Of a stretch of 64,000 bases of DNA, positions 47,040 through 60,800 are shown piece by piece; the first letter of the stretch is position 1, and each line of letters opens with the position of its first letter. Position numbers and translations under genes: made by a program. This DNA is from Balamuthia mandrillaris (lineage: Eukaryota). The stretch spans positions 124,001-188,000 of the forward strand of contig JAVKOQ020000043.1 of NCBI GenBank assembly GCA_031835245.2, in the 5' to 3' direction. The notes beneath the pieces are model-generated. The model was given only the letters and a program-made list of their open reading frames with translations, was not told where the DNA came from and did not search any database.

Positions 47040-49140
47040 TTAACCTCGTAACACTTCTCTAAGTCGTTCAGAAGGTCCGCACTCCTCCTCAACCTCTTCC
47101 TCCCCATCGATAACATCCACTGAGCCATGAACCAACTCCACAGAAAGAACGTCTTCCGATTCATGTACACAGTCTGAATCACGAAGACCACTCATTCCGC
47201 TATCGCTTTTGGATCTTGCTCGAAAGGGTTGAGAAGGTAGATGGAGAAGCTTCGCTCTATTTTCCTCTTTCGTCAAAGTCTTTGTTCTGTCTTTCTTTTT
47301 GCTAATTGATTTCTTTTCCTCTTTCTTGGTCGAAAGAAGGCGGCTAGGAGGCGGAGGAAGAGAGCGTCGTATGTGTTTCTTTGTATGCTGCTCCTTGGTT
47401 GGCTTCGTGGTGCTAAGATACTTTTCGCTATGATAAGCGTTGGTAAGAGTGAGCGATGGTTCCTTTTTGCCTTCTCCTTTTTTTGTGGTTGATGATGGCT
47501 GCTTTGTTTTCTTCTTTTTGGTCTTTTTGTTGTCTTTCTTGGATGATGATGCCTTTCCACTTTCATTCGTTGCTGTTTCACCATTTGCGTTATGCTTCTT
47601 TTGCTTCTTCTCCTTCTTTTCTTTGTGTTTCAAGTTGAAAGAGAGGTAGCCTCCTGGCTCTTGCTTGTTACAATATTCTTCTTTCTTCTGTCTCAAATCT
47701 ATATACGCACCAGCAGCGTCCTCTTCGCAACTTTTCATATTGTTTGCTTCTTCTACTTTCTGTTGTATATCGATATAGACGCCAGAATCTTGCTTTGTGC
47801 TTTCTTTCCGCTTTGGTGATTGTTGTTTCGGTGATGGTTTGCTCGTTTCTCCTTTTGCTTCTGCTTCCCAAAGTAACTTCTCCTCGTATTCGCTCAGTAT
47901 CTTCCATATTTCGGTCATCGTTGGCCTCTCCTCCGGTTTCAAACTGAAGCACCGTCTCATGATAAAAGCCAACGTATAGTCTGCATCTTCTGGAATGGGA
48001 GGGTGCTCTCCCGCCGCTATTCTCCTCGCCAACGACAGCATGTCATTAGTTTCGTTCTTCTTGCCTTCTTCCACCCATGGCCTTTGCCGTGTGACCACTT
48101 CCCATATCATCACCCCGAAGCTCCAACTGTCGCTCTTGACGGAGTACTCTCTGCTCTCCAAGGATTCGGGAGCCATGTGTGGCACCGGGCCTAAGCCGCA
48201 CTTTGTTATGCCCAGGCCAGCTGAGGACGTTAAGATTCTTGACAAACCTGTTGAGAAGGGGAAGGTGAATGAAGAAATGAGCACATGAATGGAACACAAG
48301 ATTGGGAATGGAAACAACCGAACCAAAGTCAGTGACCAAGGCAGTATAAGGAGGTCCTTTGACTAACACATTTCTAGCAGCAATATCTGTTATCCATCGT
48401 CATGTTAAGAACAAAAGGAATGAGCCGTTTGTTATCTACCTCTATGTATGACTTTCTCGCGATGGAGATGGTCTATGCCCAATGCTGCGTCCTTCAAGAG
48501 CTTGATGATGGTCGGGAAGGAGACGCCTTTGTTCTCCCATTTGTTCTTAATCAAAAAGTCGTAGAGAGAGCCTTTCTCAGCGAATTCTGTGACCAGAGCC
48601 TTTTGCTCTCCCAAGGTTACCGCTCCAAAGAAAGATATAACATTTGGGTGTCTCCCTAGTTTTCTATTGTGTTGAAAGTAAGAAGCGGATGAAGAACAAG
48701 AAGAACAAGAATGAAAAATGAAAAATGAAAAACGAACTAAGAAGAAGCGGTTGAAGAAGAAGAAGAAGAAGAAGAATGAAGAACGAAAAAGAAGAACAGG
48801 AAGAAAGTACTCCATGAGAGCAGCTTCTCGCTCAAACTCCTCTAACGTGGAAGGGTCATTGAAAGGCAGGTGCAACTTTTTGACGCAACAATCGACGCCA
48901 TGCCAACTCCCTTTAAAGACCGTTCCAAAAGCTATTTTATATTTTTGTGATGAGGAAGCAAAAGGGAAAAAAAGAGGAGAGAGAGAGAAAGTGAGAGAGG
49001 AGATGGAAACCTCCAGAGGCAAGCGGAGTGCTGCTGAGGTGTATGTCGTCAGGTGAAAGCTCATAGTAAGGCATCACCGAAAGAGTCGAAGCGCCGCCAT
49101 CGTCTTTCTTGCTCACCCTCTTCCCTCCTTTTGTGGCCAT
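47040..49140 (-). CDS. Tyrosine-kinase-like protein kinase, non-receptor, with long basic C-tail
   Basis: Motifs ASGAFGTVFKG, CVKK, FEREA, HPNVI, IHRDIAARNVLV, TDFGLSR, GPVPHMAPES, SDSWSFGV and RPTM. Confidence 0.9.
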
Positions 49141-49756
49141 GCTCTCCCTCGCCTTGCGATTTTCTTTTTTATCTTTTGTCTATATTAATTAACGAGGCAT
49201 TACACGTTATCGCCACAAATAAACCAAAAAAGAAGGTATTCCTTGGGAAGGTACGGGATGGCCATCCTAAACTTTTGCTGTAGTATTTTTAAAAAGATGA
49301 ATGAGCTCTGCGAGCTATATATATATATCAGTCCTTAAGCACTTTGGCCTTTCAAAAATAACCGACCATTCGCTTTCACCTGGTGTGTAATGCTTTGCGA
49401 AACTCTGCACTCTGGTAGAGGTTCGCCGATGATGCTGCCGGCAAAGGGAAGAAAAGGGGAGGAGGCGATTAGTGACCTTGGCAACGAGCAGCTATCGTCC
49501 AATCATTCTTACGCGCCACACCGGCGAGCATCGACAAAAATTACCCATCCATGTCTCTCGTACGCCGCAGGTGCTTGTTAGGTGGGTCCACCTAAACCAC
49601 GCCAAAAGGAAAGAAAAGAACAAAGTTTTAAGGAAGGAGAAGCAGCACCTTTTTGGCGGTGAGAAAGTGTTACCTTCATTCCTCTCCAGCCAAAACAAAC
49701 AAACAAAGTAGAAGAAAAGTAAAGGTCTTTTTTCGAAAAAAAAGTAGCACACACAC

Positions 49757-50476
49757 ATGGCAGAAGCACAAACCACGGTAACGACCACCAAGAACAACGC
49801 TGCCACCTCCTCGGCAGCCGCAAACAGAGGGAAAGAGCTCATCTCTGGCTCGTTTGGAGGGTTGGCGTTGGTGCTGGTGGGACACCCCTTGGACACCGTC
49901 AAGGTGCGCCTTCAAACGGCCGCTGCCGTTCCCGGCTCCACCGCCCCTCAATTCCTGGGACCCATGGATTGTGTTCGTCAAACCGTGAAAAACGAAGGCG
50001 TACGTGCTTTCTTCTTTTTTCTTTCTTTCTTGTCGTTTCTTTCTTGTCATTTCTTTCTTTCTTCCTCTTCCTCTTCCTCTTCCTCTTCCTCTTCCTCTTC
50101 CTCTTCCTCTTCCTCTTCCTCTTCCTCTTCCTCTTCCTCTTCCTCTTCCTCTTCCTCTTCCTCTTCCTCTTCCGCTACAGTGTGCTCATTTTTATCCCAT
50201 CGTCATCAGTGGAAGGGTTTCTATAAAGGAGTGGGTTCTCCGCTGGTCGGCATATCCATGATCAATGCGGTGCTCTTCTTCTCGTGGGCAGAGTCGCAGA
50301 ACCTGGTGCGTTCCTACGAGGGGGAGGTCCTCTCCTACGGCAAGCTGACGGCGGCTGGTGCACTCACTGGCTTTGTTATCAGTTTCTTTGAGGGACCGGT
50401 GGAGTTGGTCAAGTCCAAAATGCAAGTGCAGGTGAGAGCTTCGTTAGTTGCTACTCTTTCTGTTCTTTCTTTCTGT

Positions 50477-50568
<92 letters not shown>

Positions 50569-51366
50569 GTCGTTTCTTTCTTGTCGTTTCTTTCTTGTCG
50601 TTTCTTTCTTTCTTGTCGTTTCTTTCTTTCTTGTCGTTTCTTTCTTTCTTGTCGTTTCTTTCTTTCTTGTCGTTTCTTGTCGTTTCTTTCTTGTCGTTTC
50701 TTGTCGTTTCTTTCTTTCTGTTATCTCTCTCTCTTTCTCTTTCTCTCTCTTTCTTTCTCTCTCTCTCTCTCCTTTACTGACAACAAAATAAATTTAGTAT
50801 TCATCGGGAGCAAGCCGGCAATACAGCTCCAGCTTGGATTGTTTTAGGCAGATAGTGAGACACCATGGAGTAAGAGGCATATTTCAAGGCCTATGGCCCA
50901 CCTTGTTGCGAGACATTCCCGCCAACGTTGGTTACTTTGTAGGCTATGAGTTTATTCGACGAAAGGTATCATTTCCTACTTCATCTGCTTCCGTTTATGC
51001 TTTCGGCTCTACCTTCTTTTGTTTCAGAAAGAAAAAGAGACTAACGACATTTCCTTGCAGCTTTCAGGTGATGAGAAAAAGACACACTTGTCGCCTTTGG
51101 CAACAATGACGGCGGGTGGTCTGGCCGGCATTCTCTACTGGGCCAGCTGCTTCCCCTTTGATGTCATCAAGTCGCGCATGCAGATCGAGCCCTCTGACCC
51201 CAGCCAACGCCGCTTCAAGTCTACGTGGCAATGCGCGGTCGACATTCAGCGCACCCAAGGCTTTCGAGGCTTTTGGAAGGGCTTCAGCGTGGCTGCGGTT
51301 CGGTCCTTCCCCGCCAATGCAGCCTGCTTCACTGTCTACGAGGTCGTCCGGGCGTATCTCGGATAA
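49757..51366 (+). CDS. Mitochondrial carrier (carnitine/amino-acid carrier-like SLC25), 4 exons
   Basis: Three carrier signatures: HPLDTVKVRLQ, GPVELVKSKMQ and FPFDVIKSRMQ. Also RDIP and RSFPANAA. Confidence 0.93.
50060..50173. repeat. (TCTTCC)n microsatellite in carrier intron 1
   Basis: Seen directly. Confidence 0.95.
50478..50716. repeat. Compound (TTTC)n / (TTTC)xTTGTCG repeat in carrier intron 2
   Basis: Seen directly. Confidence 0.9.
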
Positions 51367-51929
51367 AAAAATGTTTGATTTTCCATTGGTTAGAGATACT
51401 GTCGACATAATCAACAAAATTGTGCAATTTAAGGTGTTGGTTTCCGGGTTACACAATGACGTGTGTAAGACCCCGGAAAGGAAAATATGACATGGAGGCG
51501 GAAAAAAGGCAAAAAGAACCGTTACCCAAAGTACGGAGAAAAAAAAATTATTGGGTACCGCAAAGAAACGAATACCCTCGGCCCAAGGAACGGTACCGAT
51601 TATCGAGTATTATTTCTTTTGAGGATTGTGCTTTTGCTCACCGACGCTTGTTACTCGTCCCAGCATCACCGTCGTTGTTTTCGTCTTCATCGTTTGATTG
51701 CGTTCGATTGCTCCAGCCTTTTTTAATTTTTTAAAGGCCCGTTTTGTTTTTCAAAAGGCTCTTCAAAACTGGGACCCGCATTAGGTTTCCGGGTTACAAA
51801 GGAATAACAAAGCAGAACGAACTTAACCAAACAACTACAAACACCAACACACAAAACAAGAACCGTACGATAAGCCCGGTGACCGACGACAACAACGGGG
51901 ACCCAAAAATAACAAAATAGCCAACGAAG

Positions 51930-53624
51930 ATGAGCGACTCCAAGTCAGAAAGGCTCAAGAAACGAGGCTCTCTACAGGCCAGAGAGCGGCTAATGGTGGA
52001 CAAGAACAACAACGCGCGGTACACCCTGCCCTCCTTCTTGGAGCTGGCCAGCATCAGCGGGGTCGGAGACGAGGGCTCGCGCAGCAAACGAGCCAGCATG
52101 GTGCAGTTCACCCAGGAGGACCTCGTGGGAGTGAAGGCCGGCACTCTGGACATGCTCATGGAGCTGCTGGCCTGCTATGACAACGAGGCCTATGTGGAGA
52201 CCTTCATCGCCACCCATACCTACTTCATAGACAGCCAGACCCTGCTCACTAGGCTGATGGAACGCTTCTACGACGACACCGGCAAGGAGGGCCGGGTGGT
52301 TAGCGTGTTGAAGAAATGGATAGAAACCTACGTGGAGGACTTTGGTGAGGAGTCCGAGATCCTCTTCCGCATGTTCCTCAGCGACGTGCGCTCCAAGGGC
52401 AACGAGGAGTGCGCCCGCTACGCTCAGGAGCTGCAGGATAGCTTAGCCTTCCAGCTGCAGGCCCTGGAAAGAAAGAAGGCGGAGGAGCGGGAGGAGGAGG
52501 AACGGCACGGCATGTTGGGGTGGTCCTTGTCGGCGGCCACCCTGCGCGGAGGAGAGGAAACCTTGAACTACGGAGACGTCATGCCCACGGACTTCAAACC
52601 GCTGGAGATAGCAGCGCAACTCACATTAATTGAACAGAGGTTGTGGCGAGGTGTTGCCCTGAGGAACTACTTGCACAAGGCATGGAATGAAAGCGAAAAG
52701 GTTCGCACTAACATCATCATATAACTCTCTATCGCTAGTTTGTTTGACAAATGTGCCTCCTCTCTGCAGAAAAACAAAGGACCAGTGCAGGCATATGGCA
52801 AAGAGTTGGTTCGGCTGATCCAGCACTTCAACAACGTGAGCTTTTGGGTGGCCACCACCATCCTCAAAGGCGGCTCTAGCGAGAAGAAACGAGGCAAAGT
52901 GGTGACCTTCTTCATCAAGGTCTGCTTCCTCTGCCTCCAGCTGAACAACTTCCAGTCGGCCATGCAGATCTTCACGGGACTCAACCTGAGCCCCGTGCAA
53001 CGACACAAGTGCTTCAAGGCGGTGCCCAAGGAGTACATGGAGCTATACGAGCACCTCACCACATTCTTCTCTCAGTCCGGCAACTTTAAAAAGTACAGAG
53101 ATCGCATCGAGGAGCTTATGGCAGAGTCCGGATGGGGCAGACTGCGAGGCAAAACAAGCACGGCTGGGGGAGCAGGGGAGAAGAGCGGGGACAGGCTCTC
53201 CGGCGAGGGGAAAAAACACATGCCGGCCATTCCCATGCTATCCATCTTGCTCTCGGACTTGACCATGCTGGAGGAGAACAAGGACGAGTTGGAGCAAGGA
53301 GTGATCCATTTCGAGAAGATGACCATGCTCTACGAGACACTTTTGATCCTGAAAAGGTTCCTGCCGTTTGCCTATGACCCCAACTTTCAGCCGACGTTCC
53401 TGGCTTCGGCCGGTTGGATGTCCGTGGTGAAGGAAAAGGAGCTCCCCAAGAAGATGGTGGAGAAGCTCAAAGTGGACCCAGAGATCTTTCAACTGAAGAA
53501 CAGGAAGAAGGAGATCATTGGGTTGTTGTCGGAACTGCCGCGAATGGATGAGAAGGAGCTCTATGAGTTTGGAAGCGAGAAGAAGGAGAAGAAAGAGAAG
53601 AAAGAGAAGAAGAAAGGCAAATAG
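51930..53624 (+). CDS. Ras guanine-nucleotide exchange factor (REM plus CDC25 domains), 2 exons
   Basis: Motifs VKAGTLDML, TFIATHTYF, RVVSVLKKW, EIAAQLTLIE, FNNVSFWVATTIL, LNNFQSAMQI..GL, GNFKKYR, IPML..LLSDLTMLEE and IHFEKM. Confidence 0.93.
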
Positions 53625-53705
53625 AAGGAGTATATATACTATCTATACAGTTTTGTTTTTGTTGTTATCTGTTTAAAAAAAGATAAAGCTTCTTAGCGCA
53701 AAGCA

Positions 53706-53745
<40 letters not shown>

Positions 53746-53765
53746 AGAGAGCAGAGAGATAGAGG

Positions 53766-55339
53766 CTAACGAGAAGGAGACTTGTTCATTCTCGACCAGA
53801 ACCGGCGAAGCGGCAACATGCGCAGACCAAGCACACAGAGAACAAACGAGATGGTGGCCCTCTGCTGCCATTCCTTCATGCTCACCGCCATTGCTGCACC
53901 CAAATAGCTTCCAGCACAGGTACCGAGAAGCAGCGGTGGCAGAATGGGTAACATCACGTGGCCCATGCGGTGGTGTGTGTAGGAGGCTATTAGGGAGGAA
54001 GGTACCATGGCCAGAAGGCTTGTGGCTAAAACTTGCACCTGAGTCATGCTTGTGCCTAACGTTAGCAATGGCACCATTATCAGTCCTCCGCCTATTCCCT
54101 GTCCGATGTCAACAGGATGATGATGTTGAGAAGGAAGAGAAGATAAGAAGCGAGAAAAGAAAAGAAAAGAGAAAGAGATTAAGACCAGCATTCCAGACGC
54201 AAAACCCGTAAAGCACCCAATAGTAGCAACATATAGCTTTCCTGCAACACTCCTCCCCCTTTCCTCTTCTTTTTGCTCCGTTTGAGATGATGTAGAAGAA
54301 AAGCATTTACGCGGAGAAGAAGACTCGGGAAACCAAAAGGCTTTGGCGGCAATGCCCACAGAAGAGACCAACATGAAAACACCCATGGCACTTCGTAAGG
54401 CCTCCCCGCTGAGGCACTTCGTGGCGAGAGCGCCCCAACGAGCAAAGAGGATGGCTGTGGCCGCTAAACAAAGGGCTGCTTCCACGTCCACGTTGTTGGT
54501 TCCTGCTCTGTAATATGCCAATGCTCCACCCATTCCTTCATACGAAAGAAGAAGAATAAGAAGGAGAACACGAAAACAGGAAGAAGAAGAAGAAGAAGAA
54601 GAAGAAGAAGAAGAAGAACAAGAAGAAGAAGAAGAAGAAGAAGAAGAAGAAGAAGAAGAAGAAGAAGAAGAAGAACAAGAACAAGAACAAAAAGAACAAG
54701 AACAAGAAGAACGAAGAACAAGAAGAAGAACAAGAACAAGAAGAAGGACAAAAAGAACAAGAACAAGAACAAGAAGTAGGACAAGCACAAGAAAAAGAAC
54801 AACGAAGATGAAGGTAATTTACCAGTAGCAACGACGGCCACGAGGCTGGTACCATGCGCTTGATGCTGAGAGAGACCAGCCAGTGCCGTCAAGGCAGGTA
54901 CTGCCACAACGCCTCCTCCCTGTCCGACCAACCCTCCAAACGCTCCCATCACAAAGCCAACACTCAACCCCTTCCACCACAGCTTTTTATCTTTGAAGTG
55001 GTGATGTTTTGCTGTTGTGGTAGTAACGTAGTGGCTCTTCTTCACTGCAGCTGGTGATACCTTTGAGAAAAGCTTGTGCCGTAGCATGCGCGAAGAAGCT
55101 GTCGCAGGAAACAGCAGTGCTGCCCTGAGGGAAGTTGCCGATGAGGAAGAAGCAAAACGTGCGGAAGAGAACTTATGGTGGGAATGGATCTGAAGTGAAG
55201 AGAAAGCACTCCTCCGCTGCCAGTGGTGACTAACAGCAGAGGGAGCCGTGGTGGTAGTCCTAGTGGAAAGAGCTCGCTTCCATGGCCCACAGGCAAGTGT
55301 TTTGCTAGCCACCCTGCTTGCCCCACATGTCTTCCCCAT
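53766..55339 (-). CDS. TauE/SafE (DUF81) sulfite-exporter-family membrane protein with long N-terminal extension, 3 exons
   Basis: Duplicated motifs GAFGGLVGQGGGVVAVPAL...AHGTSL and GFASGMLGIGGGLIMVPLL...LATSL. Confidence 0.85.
54580..54775. repeat. (GAA)n/(GAACAA)n microsatellite in TauE intron
   Basis: Seen directly. Confidence 0.92.
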
Positions 55340-55803
55340 GGGCGCAGCTACACTTGGCGTTTCGTGTCGCGTTTTTCAAGTCGACGTGATGACAGGTTTC
55401 TTTCACGTCGTCCTTTGTGCCACGTTGCAAGGTCGTCGTGATTGTTAAAATATGTCCACGTAATCTGAGTATGTCGACAGAAAGTATGAGGACACGAGAT
55501 ATCGCCCCCTCCATAAAGTGAAAGAATAGAAGCGTTGTGCTTGCGCCGATAGTTGGTCGTCGGTTTGGTTGGTTGTTTTTGGTGAGGGTCTTCTTGGGTT
55601 TCATTGGGAAGGGAGGGTGCAGCTTTCCCTCACGCACACAGGTAGTAGTCTGATCCTCTCCATCTCTTCTCTTTTCCTCCTCCTCCTCCTCCTCCTCCTC
55701 CTCCTCACACAATAGAAAAAAACAACAATGTCTCTTACTTTTTTTGTGTCTTCTTCTTCTCATTCGAAAAGGATTGACAAAAAGGAGGAGAGAAGAGCTC
55801 TAG

Positions 55804-56702
55804 ATGTGGGTCCACTCTTCCGCCGTGTTGAGCAACTACGTGGCAGCGAAACCCAAATCTTCCCTCCAGATCGGGGCTCGTGCGACTACCACCAGTCATC
55901 TCCACACCATCCCGCATGAGGTCATCAAACGCGACTTTGTCAACAACCCCTTGTGGCCGGTGAGCTGCTACGCCCCCGAGAAGGGCCTCCCCAACCACCT
56001 CACCGGCGATGTCAGCCCTGAGGAGCTGCGCTATTGTGCCTACCTCTCTCGTGCTGAGCATGGAAGCTTCAACGCTCAGGTTCGGTTGTTGGTTCTTTTT
56101 TTGTGTCTCTCTGCTCTCTTCATGTTCATCACTCTCTTGCTCTCATCTCAACGTTTCGCGTTTTTTGTTTTATAAAAAAAAAGATCGTGGCGGAGAGAGA
56201 CCTGTTTCGTGCGGCTACACAACAAAAGGAGGATCTGCTGTCGGAGCTCTCGCTGACTGCTGACCAGTTGGAGGAGGAGCGGATGCGTGCCACTAACCTC
56301 TTTGTTTATGCTTCTTCTCCCTCGTCTGTATTGGCATATCCCGATGATTCCTCGTCATCTTCGTCATCTTCTTCTGCTTCATCGTCTTCATCAAGCGAGC
56401 AAAGACAACTGTTGGATGTAGGTGCTTCACAGGTTATTGAGAACGCCAATGTACCTCTTTCCGAGGCTGTAAAGACATGGACCTCATTAGCAGGACTACC
56501 TCCGGTAGAAGGAGCTGCTCCCTCCACCCCCTCTACCGACACAACGACGAGTACCGGTGATGCCACGACTAACGAACGCGTAGATGCGGAGATAGGAAAA
56601 CTGGTGGCAAGCCTGGTGCCGTTGGCTGTGCCACCTTTTGTTCCGTATGCCTCTGGTAAAAGGATAGTCATGCATCGCTTGGTTTGTCATTTCAATCCCT
56701 TT

Positions 56703-56737
<35 letters not shown>

Positions 56738-57844
56738 GCTTATTCCATTTTCCATCTTGTCTATTTTGCAGAACGTGATCCAACGATTGCACGACTGTTC
56801 GCTGGTTGAAAAGAAGTTACTTAAAGAAAGACCTGGCCTCGACTACTCCATAGCAGAGAACTGGGGAGCATGTCTATTCGCAGCCGTCTCCGACCAACTC
56901 TTTCATAAGCAGCAGTATCACAACAAACTTCGAACGTTAGTGGTGACCTGTCTCAAGGCTCGGCCCCAACTCTATTATGACTTGTGGAGTGATCTCTACC
57001 GACGACCCGTCAAACATCGACTACAACAAACAACAGCACCAACGAGGACCAAAGCAGCTGAATGCGAGACAGAAGAAGAGCTGGCTACTCTCATTTCTTC
57101 TGGCGCTGTCAGTGGTTCTACAAGAGGCAACTTTCATAAGGTATTGGTTCTGGCGCAACAGTTGCAAGAAGCACTAGCAGATCTGCAAGAGAAAGTGTGG
57201 GTGCTGAAAGGAATGAAAAAAGCACTTGCGTTTAGCGATGGTGATCAAGACAGAAACAACCCAGATATAGAAGGATCTGGGGAAGGAGACGAAAAACAAA
57301 AGGAAAACGACGAAACGCAGATGTTGGTGGATCGGAAGGAAAAAAGAGGCGCAGAAACAACCACGATACTGAGAAAGATCGAAAGACTGAAATGGAAGGC
57401 ATCAACAGCAGAGCAGCGTTGCTCTCTGTTGCATCAAGAACTTATAAGAACAGCACGAGAAACTCGACAATGGGAGAAGTGTCACAAGAAGAATTTAACT
57501 AGCTTTCTGGGTTTCGATGCTGAGGATGAAGGAAATGAAGAAGAGTTTCAGAACATCAACAAACAAACCTCTCCAAGCGACGCCAATTTGTGCGAGTTAG
57601 TGACTTACAACAAATACTGCGAAAATCTGGAAAAGGACTTTTGTTTTGGGGATTGGCTCTCGCTGCAAGTATTGAGCGACTGCTTTGGCATCACCATTAA
57701 CGTCATATCTTCATTGGCCCCAACAGACAGTTACTTTCAGATCAGGCCACGTAACGCAGAGTTGATGGTGCCACGAGAACTGTGGCTTTCCAATTGGAAC
57801 GACAAGTACTTTGCTTCTGTTTATCCTCGAAGGATAGGTAAGCT

Positions 57845-57882
<38 letters not shown>

Positions 57883-60800
57883 CTGCATGAGTTAATGCTG
57901 TATTTTTCTCTTCGTTAATAGCGTTGAACAGCCGAACACCTCAAGACTTCGATTTTGGTGGCAACTTTTACCAGCACTCCATCACCCAAGGTATGTTCCT
58001 TTGCACAGCCATAAAATATTTTATCCTTTCTAATCTTTTTTTCTGTCTCGTTTCATTTTCGCTCGGTTTGTTTTGCTGTACGATGAAGAACCTCCATCTG
58101 CGACTATCCTCATCCAAGAATTAAAAACTGCTATTGAGGTTTTCGCTCCGCTTAGCGCTTCTTCTTACATATTGCCAAAAGCTACAACAATAACGGAAGA
58201 AGACAAAGAAGCAAGGGGTATTTCGTATGCGCTGATGACCGATCGGCTATACAGCTCCGCTGTGGTAGAACAATGGAGAGACCAATTGAAGCAGCAGTTG
58301 TTGCGCATCTCTGCCTCTCAACGTAGCAATGTTTTTCGCACAACAGTTGCGAGGATGTGGGAAATACTGGAACGTCCGATGACAGTGACGCACTTGTTTC
58401 ATCGCTCCCACCACGATGGTAGTGATGCTATCAATGTCGATGGGAGAGAGTGCCATTCAGCGAGAGAAGAGGAAGAATGCAGTGGCTTTTATTTAGCCTC
58501 TGTTGTGGAACAAAAAGCAGAAATGTTGGGGCTATTGGTGGAAAAGTTGGAATCTACTGTCACAAACTTAGAGCTGAACGAACGAGTCAAACAACTGGTA
58601 CAGTTAGTTCCAAAAAAAAAAAACACACACACACGCGCGCGCACGTATATTTATTAATGCACCCTACAACCAAATACAACAGGTCCACAAAGAAGAAGGC
58701 ATAGAGGAAAGATCGGCGCGTTTGCACAACATCCTCCATCAAGGCAACTACACGGACTACGTGATTGCTCTCTCCGATGAAGAGAAGACTGAATATCGCG
58801 TTCACAAAGCTTTTCTCGCGGAGTACTTGCCCCGCTTCACTAGCGACATATTTCAGAACATGCAGGAACGAAACCGGCTGCAACTGGCAGCTGAGTATGA
58901 GTTTCAACCTGTCGATAAGGAGACGGTGGAGTTATTGCTGGAGTTCATTTACACAGGCAAGATGAGGAAGCATCCTGGCGCAAGACTTCCTTCCTTGTTG
59001 GCGTTGGCAAATTATCTTCAGGTGGATGCACTCATTGAACAGTGCTGTATGATGTTGGCTGAGAATGTGGACACAGATAATTGTCTCGAGTTATGGGATT
59101 GGGCTAACTTGCATGCACCATCGGCGGAAAATGAGGAGAACAGCATGAACGATGGTACTACTTCTCCTTTGGATCTCACTTCTACGAATGGCGGCAATAG
59201 CGATACTGGCTCTTCCGCTTCGCCTCTCCTCTCCTCTTCGCATTCATCATCTCCTTCATCTTCCTCTTCTCCTTCACTACTAGCAACTGCTCCAAGTATC
59301 TCTTCGAAACGTGCGATGGCAGGTTGGAAAAAGCTAAAAGAGGCTTGCTTCCGCGTCATTGCTCAAATGGAGTATTCTTTTGGAGTAGAGGACATCCAAC
59401 AACGACACGGAGCAGTCTCTTCCTCTTCTGCTTCTTCGCCTTCACCATCTCCTTCCTCTTCATTCCCACTTCCACCAAAGCAACAACATGCTCAATTGAT
59501 TGCTCGCAGCAGAAACAACAGAAAAAATCTTTTACGGAAACGCCTGTTCAGTCGTAAAGATGGCGGAGCAGGAGCCTCAACAGCTGCCTCAGAACAACAA
59601 GATAAAAAAGATTCCTCCAATAATGCTGCTTCTGCGTCTTCTGAAGAATTAACGACAGAGAAAAAAGAAACTGCAGAAGGCAGACGTAGAAAGAGAGAAG
59701 CTCAGCGTGGATCAACAGAATTTCCCCCTGGCTTCATGGAAGACACCACCGGCAGAAATTCTGCTATGCCTATGGGCTCTTTGTTTGGTCTTAAACACGA
59801 GGGCATAACTGCTCCCATTCCCAAGCACGCAGCTGGACGTTCCATTGTACGTGCTGTTGGGCGGAAGCATGCTCCTCAACAGAGTTCCTCACCTGCATCA
59901 TCGTCGGTAATCTCATTCACAACACCCTCTGCATTCACGTTCTCTCCGCCTACTTCCACTACTACCACACCAGCACCACCATCACCATTGTCTTCTGCCT
60001 CCTCTCCATCTCTTTCAGCACAACCCCCATCCTTTGGCCCAACTTCCACGTCATCGTTTCTTACCGGCAAGAATGATGGACCAGAGAACGCGGAACAATC
60101 TACTACGCCATCTATCCCATTTAGCCAAAAGCCAGCGAGCACTAAATCTTCTCGTTCGAGCAGTCCTTCGGGCGCTTTTCCTCAGACAAACGCAGACTCA
60201 CCTATCCCTCTTTCTATCACGTTGACGCCAAAAGACATTTTCGAATATCATCGGATAAAAACCGCTGCATCTCGCCATGATGCACCCTTTGCTTCCTCCA
60301 AAGAAGAAGAACAAGAACAAGAAGAAGAAGAGGAAGCATTAGAAAGAGAAGAGCTGTCTCCAGAACAGACCTCTTCCCCATCACAAGAGAAAGGCAAGGA
60401 GAAAGTAATAGGGCAACAACCTCCAAGCAAACACGGTATTTCATCCACACTATTTCCTTCATCTGCATGCCGCAGCCAAGATGAAACCTCCACGCCTTCT
60501 CTCTTCTGTACGCCAGCTCACAAGAATCCATCCCACGTTTTGGACGGATTCTTCGATGCTATTCGGCAAGGTGATCTACCGACCGTTCGTCGCATGGTGG
60601 AAGCAAAGCAAGTCGATGTAAACGTAGGAGTGGAGCATGGCTATGGCCCCTTGCATTGTTGCTGTCATGCTGCTCCTGTCTCTGAGATTCAGGACAATAC
60701 TTCCACCTCCTCCGAGGCTTTTCCCTCTTTAGGGAAGAAAGACAACTCTACAACCCCCCAAATCCTGCAGAAAAGTGACCCAGTTACTTTTAGCCAAAGT

